DNA of 64,000 nt from a virus (Duplodnaviria > Caudoviricetes), in IMG/VR virus record IMGVR_UViG_3300025018_000136, positions 13,062 through 77,061 of that record, one strand, 5' to 3'. Position numbers and translations under genes: made by a program. A model generated the notes under the pieces. It made no database searches, was not told where the DNA came from, and saw only the letters and a program-made list of their open reading frames with translations. Shown here one piece after another: positions 47,106-56,005 of this stretch (position 1 is its first letter; each line of letters opens with the position of its first letter).

Positions 47106-49769
47106 TCATTTTGAGTTAGCCTTTACTTCGGAGAAAGTACTAGTTTTCATTGCTTTCTTTTCTCCTTTTTGACTACCAGCTGGGCTATTTTCAGTAGCAG
47201 GATGCCAAGTTTGCATATCTGACTTCTTCATATCTGTCTGAATATCAGACGGTTTCTGAATAATTCCAGGTCCTTCCAAACCAATCATATTTCTTGCTTC
47301 TTCTCTACTGATAAGACCAGCTTGGAATAATTCCATCGCTGCTTGAGCTGTACCGGCTGCATCTTCTGCGATATCTTCAAATACCAACTTTGGAGGTTTA
47401 AACCCTGCAAGATAAGCATATTCTTTAAAGATTTTGTTCATAAAATCTTCAATATATCGCTGGTTGCTTCTTATCAATGAATAAAAATGCCTTGTTAAAA
47501 CTATTCCTTCTGCCCTGTTACTTCCTCCGTCTGACGCTCCAAGTAAAACTGATTTTGGAACACCAAAAGTAGCAACAACAGCATTCAAAAAATAGTCTGC
47601 ATAATCGCTAAAATTCTGTTGGCCTGGAGATAACATTTCAAGTTTCATTCCATCAGGAATAAATACTTGCTCCTGCCCACTTATTCTTCCCAGCACTTGT
47701 CCCCACTGTGCAATTTGGTGCGGAGATTTTGTATTTGCAGTTCCAACAATAAGAGGGTTTGCTGTTTTAATAGCTGCCTCAGCTGCTGAAAACTCCATAT
47801 TCATAAGTCTTACAATAGTATTGTATCCTGGTTGAATTGTACTTATTCCTGTAAATTCGTCTCCAAGAGTATTAAATCGTAAATGTTCAATATTTTCTTT
47901 AGGCACTATACGTTTTTGTTCTTTGCCTTCAGAATCAATGTAGTACTGTGTGTAACTTTTTGGCTCTTTATCTGGGCCTAAAATTATCTTTCCGGTTTTA
48001 TCATCTTTAGTAAATTCAAGAGTTAATGGGTGAACATGTTTTAATTTAAGAATCTTATTCTTTTTCTTGTTGTATATTTTCTCATCAAAACCATCACCAG
48101 CAATGTCTGTATTATGATGTAAAAGTCCACCAACACCAGCTACAAATCTATGATTTTCTGTAGCTATATCATAAACATAATCATCATAAAATTCTTTTCT
48201 AATTTCTTCAATAATGCCGTCTTGTTTTCTTTTTGTTAAATAATCTAAATGATTATCTTTTAAAAATACAAATTCTGAATTTTCTAAATCATATATTTTC
48301 TGTCGTTCGTATTTTGATGGTATATTATTTAAACTACGATAATATGAAATGGTTCTTCGTGGAATTTCTGTAATTAAAGAAATTTCATCATCTGATAATG
48401 ATTCTTTTTTATCATACTCTGATTTCATAATTGAATTTAATTGTTCTAATTTTCCATTGATGTGTTTATCTTCAAAAGAATCTCTAATTCTAATTAAATA
48501 AACGTTTTCTCTATTTTTGATAGTTGTTAACGAAATGCTTTTACCAAGCATTTTAACAATATATTCTATACCAGCAATCAATGAAAATGAATCTGTAGCG
48601 TAAGATGAATTCCTCCAAGATGTATATTTTGCGCCATCTCCGGCCCAATATCCTTCCATAAACGATTCCATAGTTGTTTTTGAAGAATTCAAAATTGATT
48701 GGGGAACTCTTTTAAATCTATTTGGTGTATAACATTTATTTAAAAACCAATTAAACCATTCTTCATTTTTAATAGTTGAGAAAGAAACGTGTCCAATATC
48801 ATTATACCAATATGTTTTTGCGTTTTTATCAATGTTTTCTTTTATAATTAATTCTGACTTTTCTAAAAATTTTCTGTTTTTATTAGTAATTTTCCACTGC
48901 TTACCCGTTTTATATGTGCCAGCAGTTCCATCTGCTACAAAAAACCCGCATAACCACGCCATATCATCAGATATTTCTTTCCAAATATCGTGATTAAGAC
49001 TGTTATCTATAATATCTACCACATCTATATTAGTTCCAATCTTTAAATCTTTAGAATGAACTTCGTTTCCATTAGACATTAATGAGTGGTCGTGTGTGAC
49101 TTTAGCAAGACCTGTTCCTGTATTAATTTTATAAATATCTTCTTTTATTTTGTGTCTGAAAACATATTTAATTTTTTTCCAACCTTCATCTGTCATAACT
49201 TGTAAATCTCTAATTTCTTGTGTAGAATATCTTCCAATATTTGACGAATCCTCTTTATCTTTATAAAGTTCTGACATTTCAATTATATCAATAGAATCAT
49301 CTGGATATTTAATCAGTATAGGAGTATCTTTTGTCACGCTATTAACTGATAACTGCCAGAAGAAGTTATTTCCTCCACTATTCTCAATTAATTCTTCACA
49401 AGCTTTAATACCAATTTGGTCTTCTCCAAAAACTTTATACCCTTTATAAATTAGTGTGTCTGCTCTAACATTAACTGCTCTAGCAACAAACTGATTTGTG
49501 AGATACAAATTAAGAAGTTGTTTGACTGTCTTTCTGACATTATTATTCATAGAATTGCCAGATTCTTTTGATGTCTCACTTAAAGCTATTGCGCTTGGGT
49601 TAGTAAATGAAGCCTTAAGAGCATCATCGCTTTGTTTTTTAAGAATGTCCTTTGCAGCTGCCATCTGTTCTTTAGAAGCCTGAGCCGCAACATTTAGTTC
49701 TCTAACCAACCTTTCATCATCACCTTTAGAAAAAGGGTCAATATCTACCTTATCAATTTCATTAACCAT
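47106..49769 (-). CDS. Portal protein, intein-containing
   Basis: VARAVNVRA, G.GF.EK, HLRFNTLGDEFTGIS, VATFGVPKSVLLG; first gene of the virion operon. Confidence 0.85.
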   Translation of the reverse strand: MVNEIDKVDIDPFSKGDDERLVRELNVAAQASKEQMAAAKDILKKQSDDALKASFTNPSAIALSETSKESGNSMNNNVRKTVKQLLNLYLTNQFVARAVNVRADTLIYKGYKVFGEDQIGIKACEELIENSGGNNFFWQLSVNSVTKDTPILIKYPDDSIDIIEMSELYKDKEDSSNIGRYSTQEIRDLQVMTDEGWKKIKYVFRHKIKEDIYKINTGTGLAKVTHDHSLMSNGNEVHSKDLKIGTNIDVVDIIDNSLNHDIWKEISDDMAWLCGFFVADGTAGTYKTGKQWKITNKNRKFLEKSELIIKENIDKNAKTYWYNDIGHVSFSTIKNEEWFNWFLNKCYTPNRFKRVPQSILNSSKTTMESFMEGYWAGDGAKYTSWRNSSYATDSFSLIAGIEYIVKMLGKSISLTTIKNRENVYLIRIRDSFEDKHINGKLEQLNSIMKSEYDKKESLSDDEISLITEIPRRTISYYRSLNNIPSKYERQKIYDLENSEFVFLKDNHLDYLTKRKQDGIIEEIRKEFYDDYVYDIATENHRFVAGVGGLLHHNTDIAGDGFDEKIYNKKKNKILKLKHVHPLTLEFTKDDKTGKIILGPDKEPKSYTQYYIDSEGKEQKRIVPKENIEHLRFNTLGDEFTGISTIQPGYNTIVRLMNMEFSAAEAAIKTANPLIVGTANTKSPHQIAQWGQVLGRISGQEQVFIPDGMKLEMLSPGQQNFSDYADYFLNAVVATFGVPKSVLLGASDGGSNRAEGIVLTRHFYSLIRSNQRYIEDFMNKIFKEYAYLAGFKPPKLVFEDIAEDAAGTAQAAMELFQAGLISREEARNMIGLEGPGIIQKPSDIQTDMKKSDMQTWHPATENSPAGSQKGEKKAMKTSTFSEVKANSK
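48111..49340 (-). mobile_element. Intein (410 aa, Ser1/Thr+1) with LAGLIDADG and an extra HTH-like insert
   Basis: LSVN|SVTKDTPIL, VTHDHSL, GFFVADG, GYWAGDG, ends LHHN|TD. Confidence 0.9.
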
Positions 49770-49834
49770 CTTATATGCCGCACATTTGTTTGATATAGTT
49801 TTTTAGAATTTTACTATATCATTTGATATACATT

Positions 49835-49872
49835 TATATATGACAGTTCTACTATTTAAATCTTTCGGTTTT
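49835..49872 (-). promoter_or_regulatory. Promoter of the virion operon
   Basis: AAAACCGAAAG ATTTAAATA G TAGAA CTGT CATATATA. Confidence 0.8.
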
Positions 49873-49880
49873 AATGGTAA

Positions 49881-49918
49881 AAAAACAAACATTTATATAG
49901 TAGAAGTGACTATTATAT
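49881..49918 (+). promoter_or_regulatory. Back-to-back divergent promoter
   Basis: AAAAACAAAC ATTTATATA G TAGAA GTGA. Confidence 0.75.
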
Positions 49919-49945
49919 AGTAACAAGTACTTGGAGGTACTAAAA

Positions 49946-50059
49946 ATGTTAAAAACAATAAAGATTAAGGGAGACACACATACAAGACTATTAGAGATTG
50001 GAAAAAAAGGAGAATCATTCGATACTCTGTTGAATAGGTTAATGGAAAATGTTAAGTAG
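49946..50059 (+). CDS. Ribbon-helix-helix DNA-binding protein (37 aa, not in ORF track)
   Basis: MLKTIKIKGDTHTRLLEIGKKGESFDTLLNRL, typical archaeal RHH pattern; GGAGGT SD. Confidence 0.75.
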   Translation: MLKTIKIKGDTHTRLLEIGKKGESFDTLLNRLMENVK

Positions 50060-50462
50060 AAAATTCATAAAAAAGAAATGTTTTGTTTGTGGTGAAATAT
50101 TTGATGCTAAAAATGAAGAACAATTGTTGTGTTCTATAGATTGTTCAAAACAATTCAAATTACGTAGAAGCTACAAAGACTGCCATAGTTGCGGAACAAC
50201 AAAAAATAATTCTGACAAATATTGTCAATCATGTAGAGGAATAACAAGAAATATTAGTAAACTACGATTTGAGATTCTGAAAAGATATAATTTTACATGC
50301 CAATATTGTGGAAGAAAAGTAAAAGATGTTATAAAACTGAATGTAGACCACATCATACCATATAGCATGGGTGGATTATCAACACCAAGTAATCTTATTA
50401 CGTCTTGTTTTGATTGTAATATTGGAAAATCTAACAATTTGTTGGAAAATAAGATGAAATAA
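50049..50462 (+). CDS. HNH endonuclease with Zn fingers
   Basis: YNFTCQYCG, VDHIIP..GG, NLITSCFDCNIGK. Confidence 0.88.
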   Translation: MLSRKFIKKKCFVCGEIFDAKNEEQLLCSIDCSKQFKLRRSYKDCHSCGTTKNNSDKYCQSCRGITRNISKLRFEILKRYNFTCQYCGRKVKDVIKLNVDHIIPYSMGGLSTPSNLITSCFDCNIGKSNNLLENKMK

Positions 50463-50495
50463 CCGAAAAGTTTATATATTAGAAGTTGCATTACT
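50461..50495 (+). promoter_or_regulatory. BRE-TATA promoter
   Basis: AACCGAAAAG TTTATATA T TAGAA; a second ACAAAAGCTTTAAATA at about 50551. Confidence 0.7.
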
Positions 50496-50591
50496 ATAAT
50501 ATGAGCTTAAAGATGAACAAAACCAGGAGCGAAGTTCGCCCCTAGAACAAACAAAAGCTTTAAATATTAAAAGATACATAAGTGATATAAT

Positions 50592-50939
50592 ATGGAAGGA
50601 TTTTATTTATCATATCGAACTATTGATGCAAAAAGTAATACGTTGTTAAACCACTCTTTGTATGGTAGATTGGTATACAGAAATTACAAAGGTAAGCGTT
50701 ACGCTTCTTATGTTTCTGGAATGTTGCATAATATTCCATTTTCAAGAATAAAGAATTCTACTGTTTTTTTAAAAACTCTGGACGGTATAGATTTAGAAAT
50801 GTTAAAAATCTTTGGTGATGCAACTATTGAACGTGGTTTTCTTGAAAAATGTGAATTTGAAACAGCAGAAGAACACTGGAAAAAAATAGTTAACGAAAAA
50901 GGCTTGGTGATGAAATATGGCAGAAACAAGAAAAGGTAA
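50592..50939 (+). CDS. Hypothetical protein (possible ferredoxin-like fold)
   Basis: FYLSY...SLYG...GML..IP..RI..STVF pattern. Confidence 0.5.
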   Translation: MEGFYLSYRTIDAKSNTLLNHSLYGRLVYRNYKGKRYASYVSGMLHNIPFSRIKNSTVFLKTLDGIDLEMLKIFGDATIERGFLEKCEFETAEEHWKKIVNEKGLVMKYGRNKKR

Positions 50940-51489
50940 AGGCAATGTAATGAAAATTGTAGAACTTGGTTTAGATAACCGAGTATACAATGAAATGAAG
51001 AAGCCTGGTTTTTCTGCAGAAGCACTAGCAAGAGAACTAACAATAGAAGGAATTCCTATAACAGCCCAGTCAATAAGAAAATTTATAAAGAATACTAAGA
51101 CTGCTCAACAAAAAATAATACAGCAAGATTTACAAGTAGCTGAACAGGTTAAAGCATTAACTATTGATTATACAAATGAATTAAAATCTATCTTAGATGA
51201 AGTACAAGAAGTTAAAAACGAAGCTAAAGACGAAAAAGACTTAACAACGTACAATCAGCTAATTGGTAGAATTTTTCAAGGTATAGAATTATTAGCTAAA
51301 CTTAGTGGTGATATCAAACCAAAAGGTTCTGTTGATATAAATATAATTTATCAGGAAATAAATACAGATATTGAACGTCAAATGAGAGATGTAAAAAAAG
51401 ACATGTTTCAGGACGTTATTGATGTTGATGCGGAGATAATAAAGGAAGATAAAAAATATCAAGATAGTATGGTCGCACAACCCTTATAA
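50917..51489 (+). CDS. Putative terminase small subunit
   Basis: N-terminal HTH-like segment, helical core ending IELLAKLSGDI; co-oriented with TerL. Confidence 0.55.
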   Translation: MAETRKGKGNVMKIVELGLDNRVYNEMKKPGFSAEALARELTIEGIPITAQSIRKFIKNTKTAQQKIIQQDLQVAEQVKALTIDYTNELKSILDEVQEVKNEAKDEKDLTTYNQLIGRIFQGIELLAKLSGDIKPKGSVDINIIYQEINTDIERQMRDVKKDMFQDVIDVDAEIIKEDKKYQDSMVAQPL

Positions 51490-51585
51490 GACTTATACCT
51501 CCTTAAGGAGGTATATTATTATATATAATTATATATAAGTCTTATATAAGTACCTTAAAGTACTGTCGTACAACCCTTAAAGGGC
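51483..51585. repeat. Cluster of nested palindromes
   Basis: Perfect 22-bp (51494-51515) and 20-bp (51519-51538) palindromes within a 13-bp inverted repeat (51485-51497 / 51534-51546). Confidence 0.9.
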
Positions 51586-51614
51586 TGTGTCACAAAAACA
51601 TGTGGTGATGATGG

Positions 51615-51878
51615 ATGATTTATAAATGGATAACAGGCGAATTGAGCAAATATTCGTTTGTAAAAAAAGTTGAGATGAAAAATGCGTACATGTATGTGCA
51701 TTATGAACTCAATGATGAAACTGGGTGGAGACGAATAAGTATTCGTGCTAATCGTGACCAACTAGTGAACTTTCTTGAGAAACTTAAAAAAGATATTGGT
51801 TTCTTTGAAGATTTGGAAGAACGAAAGAAAAAAGGACAATACAAAGTAGATGAGAATAAACCTCTCATGTTTTATTAG
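51615..51878 (+). CDS. Hypothetical protein
   Basis: ORF with GGTGA upstream. Confidence 0.55.
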   Translation: MIYKWITGELSKYSFVKKVEMKNAYMYVHYELNDETGWRRISIRANRDQLVNFLEKLKKDIGFFEDLEERKKKGQYKVDENKPLMFY

Positions 51879-51887
51879 GTGATTATT

Positions 51888-52094
51888 ATGGCGGAAGATA
51901 CGAAAATTGTACACATTGCAGTTGTTGATGGTGAGCCACAACAGATTAGAGCATTAGCAAATAGATTATCAGAGATTAGAGATAAACTTCCTTTCGATGC
52001 AGAATTTCTTATTACGAATGATAAAGTTCAGTTTAGAGACGTAAAGTGGTTGTTACAAGAACTAGTTTCATTAGTTAAGAGGGCTAAGAAGTAA
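51888..52094 (+). CDS. Hypothetical protein
   Basis: ATG 51888 after GGTGA. Confidence 0.6.
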   Translation: MAEDTKIVHIAVVDGEPQQIRALANRLSEIRDKLPFDAEFLITNDKVQFRDVKWLLQELVSLVKRAKK

Positions 52095-52095
52095 A

Positions 52096-53172
52096 ATGGC
52101 AAACATTGGTTTTCTCAGTTATTGGGGGTGGGGCAGGGGTCAGGCTTATGTTACTCTTGGATATGTTAAGATGCTTCAAGGAGAACACAACTGTTTTGTT
52201 TTAAACCAAGTTGTTAACGATTTTGAAAAAGAAAAAGAATTTGAAGAAGTGGAAGTTTCAGTCACAGACGTAAAAGGATATTTTGTCGACCCAGAAGTAT
52301 TCAAAATGTGGATTGAAACAAACAAGCTTGATGCTGTAGTATTTAACGAGTATGACCAATGGTCTAAAGACTCAAATGATTTGGTACAAATAGCTAGAGA
52401 TATGGGTTGTAAAGTTTATGGTTTTCTTGTTTTGGAAAAATATAAAGCTGGTCAGGCTGAAAGATATGATAGAGTTTTTGCTCCAACAGTTTCTAGTGTT
52501 AGATTCTATCGTTGGAGAAAGGTAAGAAATTTTTCTTATATACCTTTTTCTGTTGACTTAAAAAAACATAATAGATTAATTGAAGAAAACGAAAAGTTTA
52601 CATTCTTTCATCCTGGGGGAATGCTTGGTGTTAGAGGCAGAAAAAATACGAGAGACGTAATAGAAGCATTTGAATATCTTGCTGGTGATAAAGAAGATTT
52701 TGGAGCTGAATTAATTATAACATCTCAAGTCTCACTTCAGTTCAACAGAGAAGTTCATCCTAATATAAAATTTATTCATGGAAATCAGACTAAAGAAGAA
52801 ATTAACAGGTTATATGCTCAAGCCGATTTTCTTGTATATCCAACTAAATGGGAAACCATAGGAATTGGAGTAATAGAAGCAATGGCTTCAGGCACACCAT
52901 CTATAGTAACAGATATTCCACCATTAAACGAATTTATTATACCAAACAAGAATGGTTTTTTGGTAGGAGTTGATTTAATAAGATATCCAGAAGTAGAATG
53001 TATGGCCGCAGAAATAGATTACAAAGAGCTTTCTCAAAAGATGGAACTTGCTATGAATCCATTGTTCACAGGTATGATGAAAAAGAATGCGAAGTACATA
53101 GCAGAAAAAATTTATAATATTGACAAAAATAAACATTATATGCTTGATTTCTTAAAGGGTGATTTAGAGTGA
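52096..53172 (+). CDS. Glycosyltransferase family 4
   Basis: FFHPGG..RKN, ADFLVYPTKWETIGIGVIEAMASGTP. Confidence 0.88.
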   Translation: MANIGFLSYWGWGRGQAYVTLGYVKMLQGEHNCFVLNQVVNDFEKEKEFEEVEVSVTDVKGYFVDPEVFKMWIETNKLDAVVFNEYDQWSKDSNDLVQIARDMGCKVYGFLVLEKYKAGQAERYDRVFAPTVSSVRFYRWRKVRNFSYIPFSVDLKKHNRLIEENEKFTFFHPGGMLGVRGRKNTRDVIEAFEYLAGDKEDFGAELIITSQVSLQFNREVHPNIKFIHGNQTKEEINRLYAQADFLVYPTKWETIGIGVIEAMASGTPSIVTDIPPLNEFIIPNKNGFLVGVDLIRYPEVECMAAEIDYKELSQKMELAMNPLFTGMMKKNAKYIAEKIYNIDKNKHYMLDFLKGDLE

Positions 53173-53903
53173 AAGATTTAATAATTGGTTATGGTGAGAT
53201 TGGTAAAAGTATTGGAAAAGTTTTAGAACAAGCTGGTGTAGATTATGATGCGTTCGACAACGCATTTCCGTGCGCTGTAGAAGGAGATTATAATGTTATG
53301 CATGTGTGTGTACCATTTTCAAAAAAGTTCGTTAAATCGATTTTAAACTATGTAGGATTGCATCGACCAAATTACGTAGTGATTCACAGTACAGTAGACA
53401 TTGGCACAACAAGAAAATTACAAGAAAAAAGCGAATCGGGGTGGTTTGTGCATTCTCCAGTAGTAGGAGTTCATCCAAATCTTTATGACGGATTAATCAC
53501 ATTCACAAAATTTTTTGGTGCACCAATACAACAGGCTGCAGAAGACATGTCCAATTATTTCAATCTAACATTAGGATTAAATACAAGAGTAATGGAATCT
53601 TCAGAAACTACTGAAATGGCAAAACTTTTGAGCACAACATATTATGGGTGGAATATAACTTTTAATAAAGAAGTTGCTTTACTTTGTGACGAGTATGGTT
53701 TGGATTTTAATCAAGTTTACAATGAGTGGAATGAGAATTATAATCGAGGGTATAAAATATTAAATATGAATAATGTTATTCGTCCTATACTAAAATATGT
53801 CCCTGGTAAAATTGGCGGTCATTGCATAATGCCAAACGTAGAAATTCTTAAAAACAAATTTAGTATAGCTAAGATTATTAAAAAATTAAGTAGGAAGTGG
53901 TGA
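53169..53903 (+). CDS. Short NDP-sugar dehydrogenase (UDP-glucose/GDP-mannose dehydrogenase family)
   Basis: IIGYGEIG, HSTV..GTT, EMAKL, IGGHC; lacks the C-terminal domain. Confidence 0.8.
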   Translation: MKDLIIGYGEIGKSIGKVLEQAGVDYDAFDNAFPCAVEGDYNVMHVCVPFSKKFVKSILNYVGLHRPNYVVIHSTVDIGTTRKLQEKSESGWFVHSPVVGVHPNLYDGLITFTKFFGAPIQQAAEDMSNYFNLTLGLNTRVMESSETTEMAKLLSTTYYGWNITFNKEVALLCDEYGLDFNQVYNEWNENYNRGYKILNMNNVIRPILKYVPGKIGGHCIMPNVEILKNKFSIAKIIKKLSRKW

Positions 53904-53908
53904 AAAAT

Positions 53909-54928
53909 ATGAAAATAAATGAAAGAAAAACCGCTTTGGTGACTGGTTGTGCAGGTATGGATGGTTCTTATCTTTGTGAAAAACTTTTAAATAAAAGATA
54001 TAAAGTTATAGGAATTGATAGATGGAACGCAACAGGGATGTCTCCAAACATGAAAACGTTTGTAGATAATCCAAACTTTGAATTTGTAACAGGTGACATT
54101 ACAGAACGAGATTTTATTTATCGTTTATTTAGAGATAATCATATCGATTATTTTTATAATATGGCTGCTATTAGTCTAGTTCCAGAATCGTTTAAAATAC
54201 CACAGAAAGTATTCGAAATAAATACAATTGCTGTAATTAACATTCTAGAAATTATAAGAAGTTATTCTCCTCATACACGTTTTTATCAGGCAAGTACTTC
54301 TGAACAGATTGGTAAGAATACTGAACCATTACAGAACACAGAAAGTAAGATGATACCAAATAGTCCTTACGCAATTGCTAAGTTGGCTAGTTATCACATG
54401 GTTCGTCTTTATAGAGAAGCTTATGGTCTTTTTGCTTGTAATGGCATGCTTTGGAATCATGAGGGTCCTAGAAGAGGGCCTACATTTGTAACTAGAAAAA
54501 TTACAATTGGTGTTGCAAACATTTTTAGAGGATGGCAAGACGTAATAGAACTTGGTAATCTTGATTCTGGAAGGGATTGGGGTCATGCAGATGATTATAC
54601 TGACGCAATGATTATGATGATGGAAGCAGAAGAAGCAGACGATTACGCTGTTGCTACTGGTGAAACACATACTGTTAGAGAGTTTGTTGACGCCGCTTTT
54701 GAAGCAGTAGATATGGATATTACATGGGAAGGAGAAGGATTTAATGAAGTAGCAAAAGATAAGGAAGGAAAAGTGGTTGTCAAAATTAATCCTAATTTTT
54801 ATAGACCAGCAGAAGTTCCAAATTTGAATGGAGATCCCAGTAAAATTAAAGAAAAACTTGGTTGGGAACCAAAAATTAAATTTAAAGAATTAGTTAAAGA
54901 AATGATGAAGGGTGATTTAAATTATTAA
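53909..54928 (+). CDS. gmd: GDP-mannose 4,6-dehydratase
   Basis: ALVTGCAGMDGSYL, FYQASTSE, PNSPYAIAK, WNHEGPRRGPTFVTRKI, LGNLDSGRDWGHA. Confidence 0.93.
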   Translation: MKINERKTALVTGCAGMDGSYLCEKLLNKRYKVIGIDRWNATGMSPNMKTFVDNPNFEFVTGDITERDFIYRLFRDNHIDYFYNMAAISLVPESFKIPQKVFEINTIAVINILEIIRSYSPHTRFYQASTSEQIGKNTEPLQNTESKMIPNSPYAIAKLASYHMVRLYREAYGLFACNGMLWNHEGPRRGPTFVTRKITIGVANIFRGWQDVIELGNLDSGRDWGHADDYTDAMIMMMEAEEADDYAVATGETHTVREFVDAAFEAVDMDITWEGEGFNEVAKDKEGKVVVKINPNFYRPAEVPNLNGDPSKIKEKLGWEPKIKFKELVKEMMKGDLNY

Positions 54929-56003
54929 ACTTGGAGATTTTAAAATTACAAAAAAACAAAAGGATTATGTTAATGAAGTATTAGATAGTAATCGTATTAC
55001 TGAAGGTCCTTTTGTAAAAAGATTAGAAGATGAATTTAAAAAATATTTTGATGTTAAACATGCAATAGTTGTTACAAATGGAACAGTAGCATTACAGTTA
55101 GTTTCAACATATTTAATTCATAAGGAGAAACAAGGATTAAATGTCCTAGTTCCAGCGATGACTTTTCCAGCAACTATAAACGCATTTGTTGTTGGAGGGC
55201 ACTCTGTGGCTCTTTGTGATATAGGAGAAGATTTACAAATAGATATGGATACTATTAGTGAACAGATGATGGAAGAATTGGATGTTCTTGTTCCTGTTCA
55301 TCTTATGGGATACCCAGCAGATATGAAAAAGATTATGGCTCTTAAAGAAAAATATGGTTGGACTGTAGTTGAAGATTCTGCAGAAGCTTTTGGTACTGAG
55401 ATTGATGGTAAGAAAGTTGGAACATTTGGAGATTTTGGAACCTTCAGTTTTTACGTGAGTCATAATATTGCAGCAGGAGAATTAGGATTAGTAATAACTA
55501 ATGATGATGAAGCTGCTAAAATAATGAGAAGTATGAAGAATCATGGTCGTGTTGGAGATAATATGAAGTTCTTGCATGGTTATGTTGGTTCTAATTATAA
55601 GACAAATGAATTTTGCGCAGCTCTTGGTCTTGCAAGTCTTGAAGATTCGAAAGAAACTCTTGCTGCTAGATTAGATAATGCAAAGTTCTTGCATGATTTT
55701 ATTAAAAATGAAAATGTTGAAGTTTTTCCTGTCCCAGACAATGCAAGTTTGCTTGGTTTACCAATTAGATGCAAAGATGAAGAAACAAAAAATGAGTTAG
55801 TTAAAAGACTTAATGATGAAGGTATAGAAACTAGAGACATCTTCCCGAACTTGGCTAATCAGGATGCGTATGAAGAACATTTCAACCCATTTGATTTTCC
55901 AGTAGCAAATAAACTAGAAAAAGAAGTCTTTTATGTTGGTATACATCACTTTTTAAGTTTAGAAGACTTAAAAAAAATAGTTAAAGTTATTAACGGTGAA
56001 TAA
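54921..56003 (+). CDS. DegT/DnrJ-family PLP enzyme with His at the catalytic Lys position (ColD/E1-type 3-dehydratase); probable ATT start
   Basis: TNGTVAL lies upstream of the first ATG; PVHLMG, EDSAEAFG, FSFYVSHNI; frame opens at ATT 54921 after GGTGA. Confidence 0.82.
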   Translation: MIKLGDFKITKKQKDYVNEVLDSNRITEGPFVKRLEDEFKKYFDVKHAIVVTNGTVALQLVSTYLIHKEKQGLNVLVPAMTFPATINAFVVGGHSVALCDIGEDLQIDMDTISEQMMEELDVLVPVHLMGYPADMKKIMALKEKYGWTVVEDSAEAFGTEIDGKKVGTFGDFGTFSFYVSHNIAAGELGLVITNDDEAAKIMRSMKNHGRVGDNMKFLHGYVGSNYKTNEFCAALGLASLEDSKETLAARLDNAKFLHDFIKNENVEVFPVPDNASLLGLPIRCKDEETKNELVKRLNDEGIETRDIFPNLANQDAYEEHFNPFDFPVANKLEKEVFYVGIHHFLSLEDLKKIVKVINGE

Positions 56004-56005
56004 AA

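Noticed and set aside
48300-48410. A sigma54 gene
   Set aside because: Only a ~30-aa HTH-like stretch inside an intein; no other sigma regions.
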